NCBI GenBank assembly: GCA_951406725.2
Contig: OX597836.1
Location: 33,480,001-33,544,000 of the forward strand
Origin: Octopus vulgaris
Lineage: Eukaryota
Direction: 5' to 3'
DNA: 64,000 nt
The notes beneath the pieces were generated by a model. That model did not search any database and was not told where the DNA came from. It worked only from the letters and a program-made list of their open reading frames with translations. A program made the translations under genes and the position numbers. Below, piece after piece: positions 1 to 14,409 of the stretch; the stretch's first letter is position 1, and each line of letters opens with the position of its first letter.

Positions 1-18
1 GTATCAAGGCACAGGTGG

Positions 19-55
<37 letters not shown>

Positions 56-160
56 AATTTATATAAATAAGGATAAGATCGTTAATTTAAAATAAAATAA
101 CGAACTTATTAAGTGGCCAGCATGGAAAAAAAAATAACCTTCGAAGGTAATGATTATTAA

Positions 161-203
161 AATTATAAATTAGGGTATCTAGCAGATACCCTAATTTATA
201 ATT
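161..203. repeat. Perfect 20-bp inverted repeat with 3-nt loop next to (AT)n
   Basis: AATTATAAATTAGGGTATCT-agc-AGATACCCTAATTTATAATT. Confidence 0.9.
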
Positions 204-206
204 ATA

Positions 207-239
<33 letters not shown>

Positions 240-354
240 TATACTGTTGTGTCTGAGGTGCCTTATAAAAAATCTTGCAAACCAAATCCCAAAACGAAAT
301 ATATATATACACATACATACACACACATATATATATACATACACACACACACAC

Positions 355-385
<31 letters not shown>

Positions 386-424
386 TATATATGCACACAC
401 ACACACATATATATGCACACACAC

Positions 425-501
<77 letters not shown>

Positions 502-625
502 CACACACACACATATATATATACATACACACACACATATATATATACATACACACACACATATATATATACACACACACACACATATATATATATATAA
601 ATATATATAAAAGAGAAGGAGAGAA

Positions 626-694
<69 letters not shown>

Positions 695-695
695 C
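204..695. repeat. Compound (AT)n/(AC)n microsatellite
   Basis: Alternating TA and CA dinucleotide tracts; source of the Y/I/H/T/C/V ORFs. Confidence 0.97.
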
Positions 696-1504
696 ACGCA
701 CAGAGTTATAATTCGTCTAATGGACCCTGGTGCACTCACAGGCGAAACTTAGATAAATAAAAAGAGGGCGGAGGTATACAAGAGGCACATCACCAATTTT
801 CGGCGTAACCCTAACTAACCACTGAGTGTGTGTGTGTGTGTGTGTGTGTATTCTTGAACTTCGCCTAAAAGAGTAACACGATCAAAACAAAAAACAAAAA
901 AATTATTCAACTCCTTTACAGTGTTGAGTACACTTTGTCCGACAGCGAAAATTAAACGGTCACACACACACACACACTCACACACAGTGTGAGCGTTTAA
1001 TGAATTCATAAACAGATATAAAATATTATGAATTCGTAAACACACGGATACACACGCAAATAGGAAGACGGTTAAGTAGTCAGTTCCTAAATTCGGGGTT
1101 CCAGCCATCCTGTTCAAGACTTATCTTCGAGAAGAACCGGTTTTAACTTCATCGACGCAAAAACTTAATTTTGCGCAGCGCCGCGCCCCGCGCCATATGC
1201 CAGCTCTGTGCCGCCGCCGCGCAACCCTAAGTTTCGACTAAAAAAAATGAAATAAGGTAAAAAAAAAATTTTTTAAAAAAAAGGAAAAAAAAAAAAAAGA
1301 TTAGCAGAATGTGAACGGTAATCAGATTTCTACTGGGATGCGAACCCGAATGTTTTTTGCTAAATTCGCTGAGAATCCAAGCCCCTTGCTTGCTCTCTTG
1401 CGTTTTGGCTCCATCCTCCCGATGTCGCAAACCAAGGATTTCGGGAATAAAGACGGATTAAATATCTTAAAACAACAACAACAACAACAATAATAATAAT
1501 AATA

Positions 1505-1718
1505 ATCCTTTGTACTATAAGTTACAAGGTCTGAAATTTAGGGGGAAAGGGATAGACGATTAAATCGACTCCAGTACTCAATTGGTACTTGATTTATCGA
1601 CCCCGAAAGGATGAAAGGCAAAGCCGATCTCGGTGGATTTTTGAACGCAGAACGTAAAGACGGACGAAATACTGCTAAGCATGTTATCCGGCGTGCTAGG
1701 TCTGCCAGCTCGACGCCT
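1505..1718 (-). mobile_element. tRNA-headed SINE family B (Meta/MESC-like core), tail type ii
   Basis: Reverse strand carries GCCTTTCATCCTTTCGGGGTCGATAAA core shared with many copies in the window; (AAT)n on both sides. Confidence 0.8.
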
Positions 1719-1870
1719 TAACAATAATAATAATAATTTATAGACTACCCACAAGGGGCTAAACAAGGACAAACAAAGGGATTAAGTCGATCACATCGAA
1801 ACCAGTGCGTAACTGGTACTTATTTAATCGACCCCGAAAGGATAATAATAATAATAATAATAATGATAAA

Positions 1871-2030
1871 TTCTTTTATTGGCTACAAGGGCTAACAAAA
1901 ATCAATTAAAACATAAAGGGACAAAACACAGGACGAAAGTTACAAAGGGTTTTGTCCGTTTGAAAAAGGTCCAGATTCTTCCCATTGTTTTGAAATGTAA
2001 ATGTGATTTTCCTTCCACCCATACCCAACC
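1871..2030 (-). mobile_element. LINE-like 3' end fragment (possibly Tx1/L1-like)
   Basis: Reverse strand ends AGCCCTTGTAGCCAATAAAAGAA, similar to 22672 and 27541 and to the SINE-B type i tail; clade is inference. Confidence 0.45.
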
Positions 2031-2094
2031 CCAAAAAATGAAATTGGAAAAAATTCCGATGAAAACTGTCGCGGATTGTAGTGTATCTTAAAAT

Positions 2095-2471
2095 CTTGTC
2101 TTTTATCAGAACGGTTTTAGTCGCACAAATCGACCCCAGGTACGTTTTTAGAAGACTGTAAGAACTTACATTATCGGTCTCCGTTTGTTGAATCTCATAG
2201 TTAGAAAATTAAGCCAGCATCGGTTGTGAAGCGGTGGTGAGGGACAAACACACAGAATATACGAGGGTGTGCTGAAAAGCTCTCGGCCTGGTTGGAGGGA
2301 GGCCCAAACCTCCCGAGTTCTTATACAGGGCCTAGAAAAACTGAAGGGCTACTGCAATAAGGGCGTGAATCTGAAAGGGGAACATGTTGAATAAACCTCA
2401 TAATTAACTGATCCTCCTGTATTTTCTTGTACCCAAAACCAGGAACTTTTAAACACCCCTTCGCATATGCG

Positions 2472-2506
<35 letters not shown>

Positions 2507-2650
2507 GCGAAGGGGTTCCACTCAGTTTTCGGTTACCAAATCCCTTCACAAGGGCTTGGTCGGCCAGCGGATATATCAGGGAGACGCTAGCACAGAGTGC
2601 CACGTAGTGGGGCGCAAAACCGAAACCGTGTGACCGGAAAGCAATGATAA
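2095..2650 (-). mobile_element. Degraded SINE family A interrupted by a mariner MITE
   Basis: Matches the reverse complement of the intact copy at 24848-25257 on both sides of the insertion. Confidence 0.7.
2260..2467 (+). mobile_element. Non-autonomous mariner (Tc1/mariner) element
   Basis: TA-CGAGGGTGTGCTGAAAAG left end and CCAGGAACTTTTAAACACCCCTTCG right end; internal GLEKLKGYCNKGVNLKGEHVE* resembles a mariner transposase C-terminus; second copy at 28559. Confidence 0.8.
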
Positions 2651-2807
2651 GTATTTCAAGACCATACATAGGCCCAGGGCGAGGGCGTACACACTTTTCG
2701 GGGCCAGTGATTATTAAAATCAACTGCCTGTACAGGATGGAGTATTTTAGTAACACCATGGCGACGTTGAGATCTGGGTGGGATTTGAACTCGGAAAGTA
2801 AAGATAT

Positions 2808-2992
2808 AGGCGCAAGCGTGGTTGAGTGGCTAAAAAGCTTGTTTTGCTTTTCCAACCCAACATGACACGAGTCGGCCATGTGGTCACGGGTTCAGTCCCA
2901 TTGCGCAGCACCGTGTCTAAGTGTCATCTACTGACTGTGGCCCTGTGAATGGCTCTGGTAGACGGAAAACGAAAGAGGCCCGTCATGTATGC

Positions 2993-3046
<54 letters not shown>

Positions 3047-3385
3047 CTACCATTGGTTTCATGCTGCGAGAAATCTCTCAACAATTATAAAGCCTGCTAC
3101 ATGAAGCGTGGGTGTTCGTGTCCACCTTGGATGAGCCCGCGCGCGTGTGCGTGTGTATACATACATACATACATATACATAATATCCACTACCATCGCCT
3201 GACAATCAGTGTCGCGGAGTCGGTTTGTTTACGTCCCTGCAAGCAAGCGGTTCGCAAGAGACAATCCGATAGAACAAGTAACAGACTTTAAAAAAAAATT
3301 ATAACATATAAAAATTCTTCGATTAAAGAAACCTTTCAAAGCGATGCCCCAGTCTGGCCGCAGTTCAGTGACTGAAGACAAGTAT
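2808..3385 (+). mobile_element. Degraded SINE family A with expanded central (GT)n
   Basis: GGGTTCAGTCCC B-box region and GGCCGCAGTTCAGTGACTGAA tail recognisable. Confidence 0.65.
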
Positions 3386-3479
3386 ATATATAAGAAAAAC
3401 TGAAGATACAACAGATCTTACCGATTCCGAATAATAAATTGCATAACTTCCATTTTGGAATACAATATACACAATTACA

Positions 3480-3895
3480 ACACACACATACATATATACA
3501 TCATGCATATATACACACATACATACATATACACATACATACATCAAGCATACATACATGCATATATACACACATACATACATACACACATACATACATA
3601 TACACATACATACATATACACACATACATACATACATCATGCATACATACATGCATATATACACACATACATACATACACACACATACATACACACACAT
3701 ACATACATCATGCATACATACATGCATATATACACACATACATACATACACACACATACATACACACACATACATACATCATGCATACATACATGCATAT
3801 ATACACACATACATACATACATACACACATACATACATATACACATACATACATACACACAGACAGACACACACACATACACATACACACTCATA
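3480..3895. repeat. Compound (ACAT)n/(AC)n minisatellite
   Basis: Recurrent CATCATGCATACATACATGCATATATACACAC unit. Confidence 0.9.
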
Positions 3896-4768
3896 TAGGA
3901 TCTGGATTATGGAGAGGGACAGAATCATATATTAAAATAATATAATTGCTTCTTATATTATTAGCAGAGAAGGCTGGACGTTGGGGGGGCCAAGGCGAAT
4001 ATCGAACCTAGTATTTCGTTGGTACTTTATTTCATCGACCCGCGGAACGAATCAAAAAAAAAAATTTTTTAAAAAGGCGGAAGTCAGTTTTACCTCGACG
4101 GGAATCGAACGCGGGACCGAAAATAACCGGAACAGATATACTACTTGTGGTTTTGCAAATAAAATTATAAGCCTTTCCACTGTATAATTGTCTGAAGAAA
4201 ACGAGTTTAATATTGATTTCAAATCTTGGCACAAGGCCAGCAATTTTAGGGGCGAAGTGGAGGGGGGGTACACAATTACATCGACCCCGAAAAGATGCAA
4301 TTTTAGGGCGTGGGTTGTGGTGGTGTTGTGGTGTGGTGTGTGTGGGGGTGGGGCTTTAAATCGATTACATCGACCCCCCCACGGTTCATACTGGTAACTT
4401 GTTTTATCGACGACCCCCGAAAGGATAAGATGAACGGGGAAAGTCGACCTCGGCGGAATTTGTATTCGGAATCAAAATAATAATCTAATTATTAATTAGG
4501 GCATTAACGGAGAGCGGGGTGGGAGGGGGTCGAATGGGCATTAGTTCACGTGAAAATAAAACAAACTCACATCAAAAAATTAGAGTTGTGGGTTCGATTC
4601 TTACGCGTACTTAAGGCTCATTTTTCTTTCCATTTCGGACCTTTATGCGCAATAATATTAAATCCATTTACCCATAGTCAATACACGGCGAAAACTTATA
4701 AATTCTATTTACAAAAATTCCAATCGCCACCGTTTCCTAATTCACGCAGAATTCGCACATGAAAAAAT

Positions 4769-5147
4769 ATTTCTTTATTACCCACAAGGGGCTAAACACA
4801 GAAGGGACAAACAAGGACAGACATAGGTATTAAGTCGATTACATCGATCCCCAGTGCGTAACTGGTACTTAATTTATCGACCCCGAAAGGATGAAAGGCA
4901 AAGTCGACCTCGGTGGAATTTGAACTCAGAACGTAACAGCAGACGAAATACCTATTTCTTTACTACCCACAAGGGGCTAAACACAGAGGGGACAAACAAG
5001 GACAGACATAGGTATTAAATCGATTGCATCGACCCCAGTGCGGAACTGGTACTTAATTTATCGACCCCGAAAGGATGAAAGGCAAAGTCGACCAAAGCAG
5101 ACGAAATACCGCTAATCATTTCACCCGGTGTGCTAACAATTCTGCCA
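4769..5147 (-). mobile_element. SINE-B dimer (two type i tails)
   Basis: Two TTAGCCCCTTGTGGG tails about 185 bp apart joined at AAGAAATAG|GTATTTCGTC. Confidence 0.88.
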
Positions 5148-5409
5148 CTAATAATTTTATTAATGGTAGGTTTCCAAACCCAACGGACTGGAACCGTTAG
5201 AAAACGGCGCTTTGGCGGCCCGGCCCTTCTTACCTTCGAAATTCCCTTAGCTTATAATCACAGATTTTTTGGGGCTCGGCTCTTTCTCTCTCCGTAGCCG
5301 CAACTCTAGTTCGGTCGCGTCACCGATTTTGCTTTCCACACAATATTTCTCCTACACGCTTATCATTTATAGCTTTATCTACTTCGAGTTAAACCGATAA
5401 AAAAAAATA

Positions 5410-5653
5410 TGTGCGTGTGTATGCATATAGACAAGACATACATAACATACACAAAAATATAGAAGATACATATACAATACATATTAATATAATATACTCA
5501 TGATATATGTATAATAAATAATGCACATATATATATATACATAATATATAATATATATGAAATATACAATATATTCGTGTATAGATACATATATTTGAAA
5601 TATAAAATATATTGGTGTATGTATGTATATATATAAAATATACAATACATTCG

Positions 5654-5699
<46 letters not shown>

Positions 5700-5786
5700 A
5701 GTGAAATATACAATATATTTGTACATATATATAGATATATATATATACAACATATTCGTATATATATACATACACAACATATTCGA

Positions 5787-5851
<65 letters not shown>

Positions 5852-6757
5852 CAAAATATACAATATATACGTATACATATATATATAAGCATACAATGTA
5901 TACAACATATATAATAACATACTATATATGTATATATATATATACATATACAATGTATATGCACATATATACATATAAATATAATATATAAATACACACT
6001 CATTTATATATACATATCTACATATATATATAAAATATACATATAGATAGATATATAATATACATGTACAATATACACAAAATATACACACAAAATTTAC
6101 ATATATATATATATACACACACAATATACATATATGCACACACAATATACATATATGTACATATATACACAATATATATATATGTATATATACACACAAT
6201 ATATACCTATGTATATATATATATATATAGACAATATATACACATGTTTATATACACATGTATATATGCACAATATATACACATGTATATATATGAAGAT
6301 ACAAATGTATATATATAAACATAATATATATATATATATGATATAAACACATAATATACATATATACATGTATTATATACACACACTATATACATATGTA
6401 TATACACACACAATATACATATACACGTAATATACATTTATGTATATATATATATATTTATTTACACTTTGTTTTCTTTGCTGAATTTTTTCTTGAGAAC
6501 ACATTCTTCATGGAAAATGGCAATTTTGATGTCTATATCTAGCATACAGGCTGTCTACTTTTAGTCGTCATTCCTCTAAATTTTGTATGAAAATTTTTTT
6601 AATCTTCCGATTTTTTAAAAATATGCTAGGCCACTGGTTTTAATTGATTAATATCAATTTCAACCCTTATTTAATTTTATCTATCTATTTATCTGTCTAT
6701 CTATCTATATATATATATATATACACACAATATACATATATGTATATACACACACAC

Positions 6758-6845
<88 letters not shown>

Positions 6846-7386
6846 CAGATATAGATATCAACACACATACATATATGTATATACAGACAAATGTATTTGA
6901 TATAATCTACTGCTATGTGTGTGTGTGTGTGTGTGTATGAGTTTTATTAATCAAAGAAAATGCCTTTTGCTTCGTAAAAAGACTGAAAAAACCGTCGTCG
7001 AAGAACAGCTTATAGAATAGGGTAAATAACAAGACAGCAGCTCCTTATTCAAAGTGGTTTTTACCATTCTCCTCTGAACAGGTAGACAGACGACACACTC
7101 TACCATATACATATGAACACACAGACAGACACACACACACATAGTCATACTTACACACGAAAAAACATATTCATACATATATATACATACTATGTACCTA
7201 CTCATGAGTGCGTGTATGTGTGTGTGTCTAAATACAAATGTACACACACATACACATATATATATATAGATACATATATATATATATATTACATACATAT
7301 ATATACATATACATACACATATATATATATATATATATATACGTACACATATATATACATATATATATATACATATATAAATATAC

Positions 7387-7417
<31 letters not shown>

Positions 7418-8385
7418 CATATATAAATATATATATACATATATAAATATATAAATATACATATATATATATATACATATATAAATATATATATACATAT
7501 ATAAATATATATATACATATATAAATATATATACATACATATATAAATATATATACATACATATATACATATATAAATATATATATATACATATATAAAT
7601 ATATATACATACATATATAAATATATATACATACATATATAAATATATATACATACATATATAAATATATATACATACATATACATATATATATATATAC
7701 ATATATAAATATATATACATACATATACATATATATATATACATACATATACATATATACATACATATACATATATACATATACATATACATATATACAT
7801 ACATATACATATATACATACATATACACATACATATATACATACATATACATATATACATACATATACATATATACATATATATATATATACATATATAT
7901 ACATATATATATATACACATATATATATATACATACATATATATATATATATACATACATATATATATATATATACATACATATATATATACACATACAT
8001 ATATATATATATAATACATATATATATATACATACATATATATATATATATATACATACATATATATATATACATATATATACATATACATACATATATA
8101 TACATATATATACATATACATACATACATATATATATACACATATACATACATACATATATATATATATACACATATACATACATACATATATATATATA
8201 TACACATATACATACATACATATATATATATACACATATACATACATACATATATATATACACATATACATACATACATATATATATATATACACATATA
8301 CATACATACATATATATATATATACATACATACATATATATATACACATATACATACATACATATATATACATACACACATATAC

Positions 8386-8432
<47 letters not shown>

Positions 8433-8820
8433 CATACATATATATATACATACATATATATATATACATACATATATATATACATACATATATATATACA
8501 TACATATATATATACATACATATATATATACATATATATATATATATACATATAAATATACATATACATACATATACATATATATACATATACATACATA
8601 TACATATATATACATATACATACATATACATATATATACATATATATACATACATATACATATATATACATACATATACATATATATACATACATATACA
8701 TATATACATACATATATATACATATATATATATATACATACATATACATACATATATATATATATATATACATACATATACATACATACATACATACACA
8801 CACACACATACATACATACA
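5410..8820. repeat. Large degenerate (AT)n/(ATAC)n low-complexity field; purest tract about 7230-8820
   Basis: Near-continuous TA/CA repeats; the 525-620 aa ORFs are Y/I/M/C/V repeats over almost their whole length. Confidence 0.95.
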
Positions 8821-9547
8821 TAACACTCTTACATCTGACAATTAAAAATACTTCGTTCGGTTCCAAAACTGCTCAATACAAGAAGAAAAAAAAAGACCCC
8901 CAAAAAAACACCCATCCCTAAAATAAAATTATATGGAAGGACGAAAGGAAGAAGATTTCATTTATGACACAGAAATGAGATGATGGAGAGAGAGAGTCGT
9001 TCATGCTTTTCTCCACTCCATCATTTTTCTTCTCAAGATCTTGAGTTATATTAACAAAAAGCATCGAAAAGCAAACCGCAGCAGATCGAAAACAATGGCT
9101 AGCTAGCAAGGTTGAAACAAAAAATATTGAAACCAGGTCTTGCAAAAGCTTAGACCGTTATTCTCTTAAAGGAGACCAAACGAATATCAGCTACATTAAA
9201 CGGCTATAAAAACACACACTTACCGCTTTGTAGTAGTGTTTAACTGTCAAACGGACAACTTAGCTTGATCTGCTACAAATAGAAGCTAAACCATTCTGTA
9301 ATCATTACCATCAAAAATCGCTCACTGTCATTGGGATGGTTTAGAGAGAGAGAGAGAGAAGGGGGGGAGAGAGGTATTATAATAAGGTCTGCAAGCTTGA
9401 CAGACGTTTGGGTCTGTAATCTCTACATCGAACATTGTTGATATCTACGAGTGTTTATACACGCTCAATCACCACAAGTGTGTATAAAATTACTTGTGCG
9501 CACGTTTACATACACACACACAGGTATATATAACGTGTGTATGTGTG

Positions 9548-9591
<44 letters not shown>

Positions 9592-9800
9592 CAACGTGTG
9601 TATGTGTGCATACATATACATATATAACGTGTATGTGTGTGTATATATATATACAATATATATATACAATATATATATATATTAGAGGGAAACCACTATG
9701 TGGACACCCTTACGCTAGAAAGAGATCCGCTACGGTCTCACCACTAAGAAATGTTCTCAAGAGAACATTTATATAAATATATATAGGGAGAGAGGGGGCA

Positions 9801-9847
<47 letters not shown>

Positions 9848-9980
9848 GAAGAGGGGCATGGGCATATATGCATGTATTTATATATAAATACATAACGTGT
9901 GTGTGTGTATGTATATATATATATATATACACATATACATACACATACTAGTGCGAGTATATATACTTATGCATACACAT

Positions 9981-10025
<45 letters not shown>

Positions 10026-10314
10026 TGTATATACATACATTATATGTGTATGTAAATATATTTATGCGTGTGTGTATAGAGTCCCAATTGACTATTTGAT
10101 ATAGTGTTTATATAATGTCTCTGTATGTCCAACTGCGCGCATTTTATTTATATACACACCTGTGTGCGTGTATGTATACATACATACATGAACAAATACA
10201 ATGTATGCGCGTGAATGTATGTATGATGCAATGACCAATTTTACGTTTCAATATCAAACATATATACACACACACACAAATATATAAATATACATATATA
10301 TTATGCCTAAGTGC

Positions 10315-10374
<60 letters not shown>

Positions 10375-11322
10375 TTAAAAATGTTTTAGCCAGAAGGCCG
10401 CGGCCATGCTGGGGCACCACCGCTGAAACATATATATATATATATATATTACACAAACACAAATATGTATAAAAGTTGCTATTTCTCTGCCTTTATATAT
10501 GGACACACGGACACACACACACAGATAGATAGATAAGAGTGTTTAGGGGAGGGAAGATATATAAGTTACTATTTCTCTGCTCATATATATACAAGTACGT
10601 ATGTATGTATGTTTGTATGTATTGTACAATTATTTTTAGCCTTGTGTTTATTTCCAATAATCTATATTTTAGTATTTGGATGTGTATATAAGTTGGTGAG
10701 AGAGAGAGAGAGAGAGAGAGAGTTCCAACAGATCAGACTCCAAGACTTGCACCACAAAGCAATTAAATGCGTGCCCATTATTAATATGCAGTAGGGCTGT
10801 GTTCACCATCGGACACGCAAAAAGACCCACGCCGGACAATGTAAGGGAGGAGAGAGAGTGCGTGTCCAGACTGCATCCCCGTACACGGACGGCATGCATG
10901 TAACCGCAGTACGTACGGACATACAAGCTTAAATGGTATGGCTCCCCCATGACCAGACAGGAAGCTTACTGAAACGACTGCGAATTTATGGATCTGTAAG
11001 AGTCACACCAAAGACGATTCGCTGAAGATCTTGGATTGATCAGCGATGTGGGTATTTGTTTCATAATTGCAAGACGATGTGGGTTTTCAGTTCAGTTCGT
11101 TCGAATCCTACCGACAGCCCCCTTCGACTTTTTCCTACTCAAACAGTGTTGTTTACAGCTCGTTAGAGTATTTATAGCTTTGTCTGCTTCGAGTTTCACT
11201 GTTCTAAAAAATCACATACATGTATACACACACACACACACACACATACAGATAGATAGCCGATGTATGTAGATAGGTTGCGTATGTATGTGCGATTAAA
11301 TGTATACATATATAGTCATGTG

Positions 11323-11375
<53 letters not shown>

Positions 11376-11465
11376 AAACGATATTTCAGAATAGCCATAA
11401 TGAACGAGAGAGAGAGAGAGAGAGTGTGTGTGTGTGTATATATATAGCAGTGATTCCATCCAAGA

Positions 11466-11502
11466 ATATCTGAAGAAGGAATGTTATTCCGAAATATCAT
11501 AT
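11466..11502 (+). ncRNA. Minimal type I hammerhead ribozyme motif (Penelope-like)
   Basis: AUAU-CUGAAGA-A-GGAAU(GUU)AUUCC-GAAA-UAU-C-AUAU: stem I, core, 5-bp stem II, palindromic stem III, AUC cleavage triplet. Confidence 0.75.
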
Positions 11503-11833
11503 CAGACTATGGATGACTAAATTACAACAGGTATACACAGCCCATTGTCTATATTATAGTGCATTGTTGTACCATTCAAAACTTTTTATTCTTTACAAAC
11601 AATACACAATGCTTCAAGCGAACTACAATACTCACTTATATAATGTATAAACGATGCTCCAGAATAGCTATAACGAACGTGTATGTATATATGTGTGTGT
11701 GTGTATGTATGTATACGTGTATATATGTGTGTGTGTGTGTGTGAGGAGGGAGGAAAGCGTAGCGAAAACAACAGCAAAAAATATTTATAAAGCTAGGATG
11801 AAGTTGTGACCGCTCAAAGAAAGGTAGAGTTAA

Positions 11834-11868
11834 TTTTGACGTTTCGGATAACGTTCTTCTTCAGGACA
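11834..11868 (-). ncRNA. Degenerate minimal hammerhead motif
   Basis: CUGAAGA-A-GAACGUUAUCC-GAAA-CGU-C; stem II has a mismatch and stem I is largely lost. Confidence 0.4.
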
Positions 11869-12144
11869 CAATAGTGTAGGGTAGATAGAGAACGAAAGAC
11901 GAGGAAATGATGATAAAACAAGAATGCAATCAAGGCAAAAAAAAAACAAACATATCCACATGAAACTTGTGTAAATGGTGGCCGTGTGTAAGTTGTAAAT
12001 ATAAATTTACATGTGTGGGAGAAAGAAATGTTGATGAGGGCTGTGTTATCATTTCTTTGATAACTTGTTTATTTAGAATAGAAAAGACAAAAGTATTTGG
12101 ACGAGAGAGTAGCAACGTGTTTTATCAAAATAAGAGTCCAGCTG

Positions 12145-12186
<42 letters not shown>

Positions 12187-12700
12187 ATATCTATCTACCT
12201 ATATCACTATAAGAGACACATACACATACATTAATTGATAGACAAACAGATACATAGATATTGGTGGCTAGATAGATAGATAGATAGATAGATAGATGAT
12301 AGATAGATAGATAGATAGACAGATAGATATATAGATAGATAAACAGATAGATAGATAAACAGATATAGATTGACAGATAGATAAACAGATATAGATTGAC
12401 AGATAGATATAAACAGATAGATAAATAGATAGCTAGCTAGATGGACAGATAAATAGGTAGCTAGATGGATAGATAAATAGGTAGACAGATATAGAATTAT
12501 GTAGACAGATAGATAAGTAGGTAGATAGATAAATAGGTAGAGACTGACAGACAAATATTGACAAATAGATTGGTAGATAGACAGACAGATAGATAGACAG
12601 AGATTGGTAGACAGCCAGATGTAAATAGATAGATAGATAGATAGATACATACATACATAGACGGATGGATAGAAAGATAGGCAGGAAGGTAATTATGAAC
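12145..12700. repeat. (CTAT)n then degenerate (GATA/GACA)n tract
   Basis: Tetranucleotide repeats visible directly. Confidence 0.93.
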
Positions 12701-12936
12701 GCATACACAGATCACATACATAAACACACACACACATCACCACGTTTCACCTAAAATAACCGGGTGGTTGGGTGGGGTGGAAACAAACGAAACAAGACCA
12801 ACGTTATAGAAAAACAACCCCCCCCAAAAAAAAATTTCTAACAAACAAAAACAAAACAAAAACATAGCAAATAAGTACAATAATAAAAGTATTAAAGTAT
12901 TACTACAAAACAAAGTAAAATAAAAAAAGACAAAAT

Positions 12937-13012
12937 TCTTACCTGAAATTGGTAAATATTAAAAAAAGACGAAGACGAAAGTAGTTTGTAGAAATAATAA
13001 TAGTACAAATTG
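12937..13012 (-). other. Splice signal: polypyrimidine tract + TTTCAG|GTAAGA (donor, or recursive site)
   Basis: Minus strand CTTTCGTCTTCGTCTTTTTTTAATATTTACCAATTTCAG|GTAAGA, junction 12943/12942, about 68 nt AG-free upstream. Confidence 0.5.
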
Positions 13013-13182
13013 CTAAGTACTAGAAATACTTAATACTAGTAGTAGCAATAGTCGTAGTAGTAGTGGTAAGCTCCATGCTGATAGCGGTTGGTTCATGTTT
13101 TCCTCCTTTTTTTTTTTTTTTTTTGTTTTCTTTCAAAAGAGATTTGTAAAATTTTCTTGACGTGTAGCAGGCTATATATTTA

Positions 13183-13213
<31 letters not shown>

Positions 13214-13645
13214 GAGCGACTGCTTTTGTGTATATATATGTGTATAAGTGTGTGTGTAATCCCTTTTAATTTTCTGTGGGGCTGTTTTGCAGAATTAAAG
13301 ATCCGTCATACAAGAATTAAACGCTAAGCGCAAATCGACACAGGATGATAAGACGAGACACCGCCAACCCGAGGGTAGGGGTACCCCAACGACCAAAAAA
13401 AAAAAAAAAAAAAAATGCAAACAAACAAAAAAAAAGGGGCAGAAGATTCCTTATTTTTTTTCTCTCTTTCCTTTTTTCTTTTTTTTTTTTTTGGTTTACA
13501 GATCAATAAAAAAAAATTGTGTGTATATATTTGGGTATGTGTGAGTGTGAATAGAAATATATATGTATGTATGTATGTAAATATGTTGTGGGACCTTGAA
13601 AGGTAACAAAGAACGGGGATAGAGGTTTTGATCTTCGAAAATATC

Positions 13646-13676
<31 letters not shown>

Positions 13677-14409
13677 GCGACACGCGCAGACACGTATGTA
13701 TAACGTGCTGTAAAGCGCAATGTAATATAAATTATAATAATCCAAAACACTTGAGGAAGAAGGCGATCTTAATACAAATATATATATATATGTATATATA
13801 TATGTATATATATTTAAACCATTTTGAGTGTGTGTGTGTGTGTTTAGGGCTTATAATTAAAGATGGTTAATAAATAATAGTAATATTAATTAATAATGAA
13901 CAGAAAAATTATAATTATAATATAAACTGTCTCTAACCTGGCCGTTGCCCGATCAGAATAAAAGAAAAAAAAAAACTACTTTATATATATAATTTTTTTA
14001 TATATTATATAAATAAAGGGTTTCTTTTTTTTTTGTTTTTTTTGTTGTTGTTTTTTTTCCCTTCCTCGTTAAGCCCCCGTGAGGTGATCGGGGGAAGCAA
14101 CGGGCCAGAAACAGCGCTCAACGAGTTTAACAAGCTACTTGGGCGCCTCTTTCCACGTTCACTCTCCTCATACCCAATCTCTCTCTCTCTTTCTCCCTCT
14201 TTATTTCTATCTATCTATTTCATCTGTCCCGTCTTTCTTTACTTTATACTAAAAACCATTGCGACTCGGATACACCCACTCTCTCAGTGTTTTTAATTTA
14301 TCTTTTACTCCCTCTATCTCACTCGCTCACCCTCTCTCTATATTTATATATCTTTTACACTCCACCTCTCTCTCTCTCTCTTGTTCCTGGCTTGCTGCTC
14401 GTAAAGTTG

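Noticed and set aside
806-1230. Telomere-like AACCCTAA motifs
   Set aside because: Isolated single copies, not an array
8826-8850. Minus-strand CAG-AT-GTAAGA 2-nt microexon
   Set aside because: Weak pyrimidine tract; chance occurrence is plausible
6951-8866. Long 525-620 aa ORFs and all similar Y/I/H/T/C/V-rich ORFs
   Set aside because: Stop-poor translations of dinucleotide microsatellites, open in several frames
13013-13096. Signal-peptide-like minus-strand ORF MNQPLSAWSLPLLLRLLLLLVLSISST*
   Set aside because: Stops after 27 codons; leucine run comes from a (CTA)n repeat
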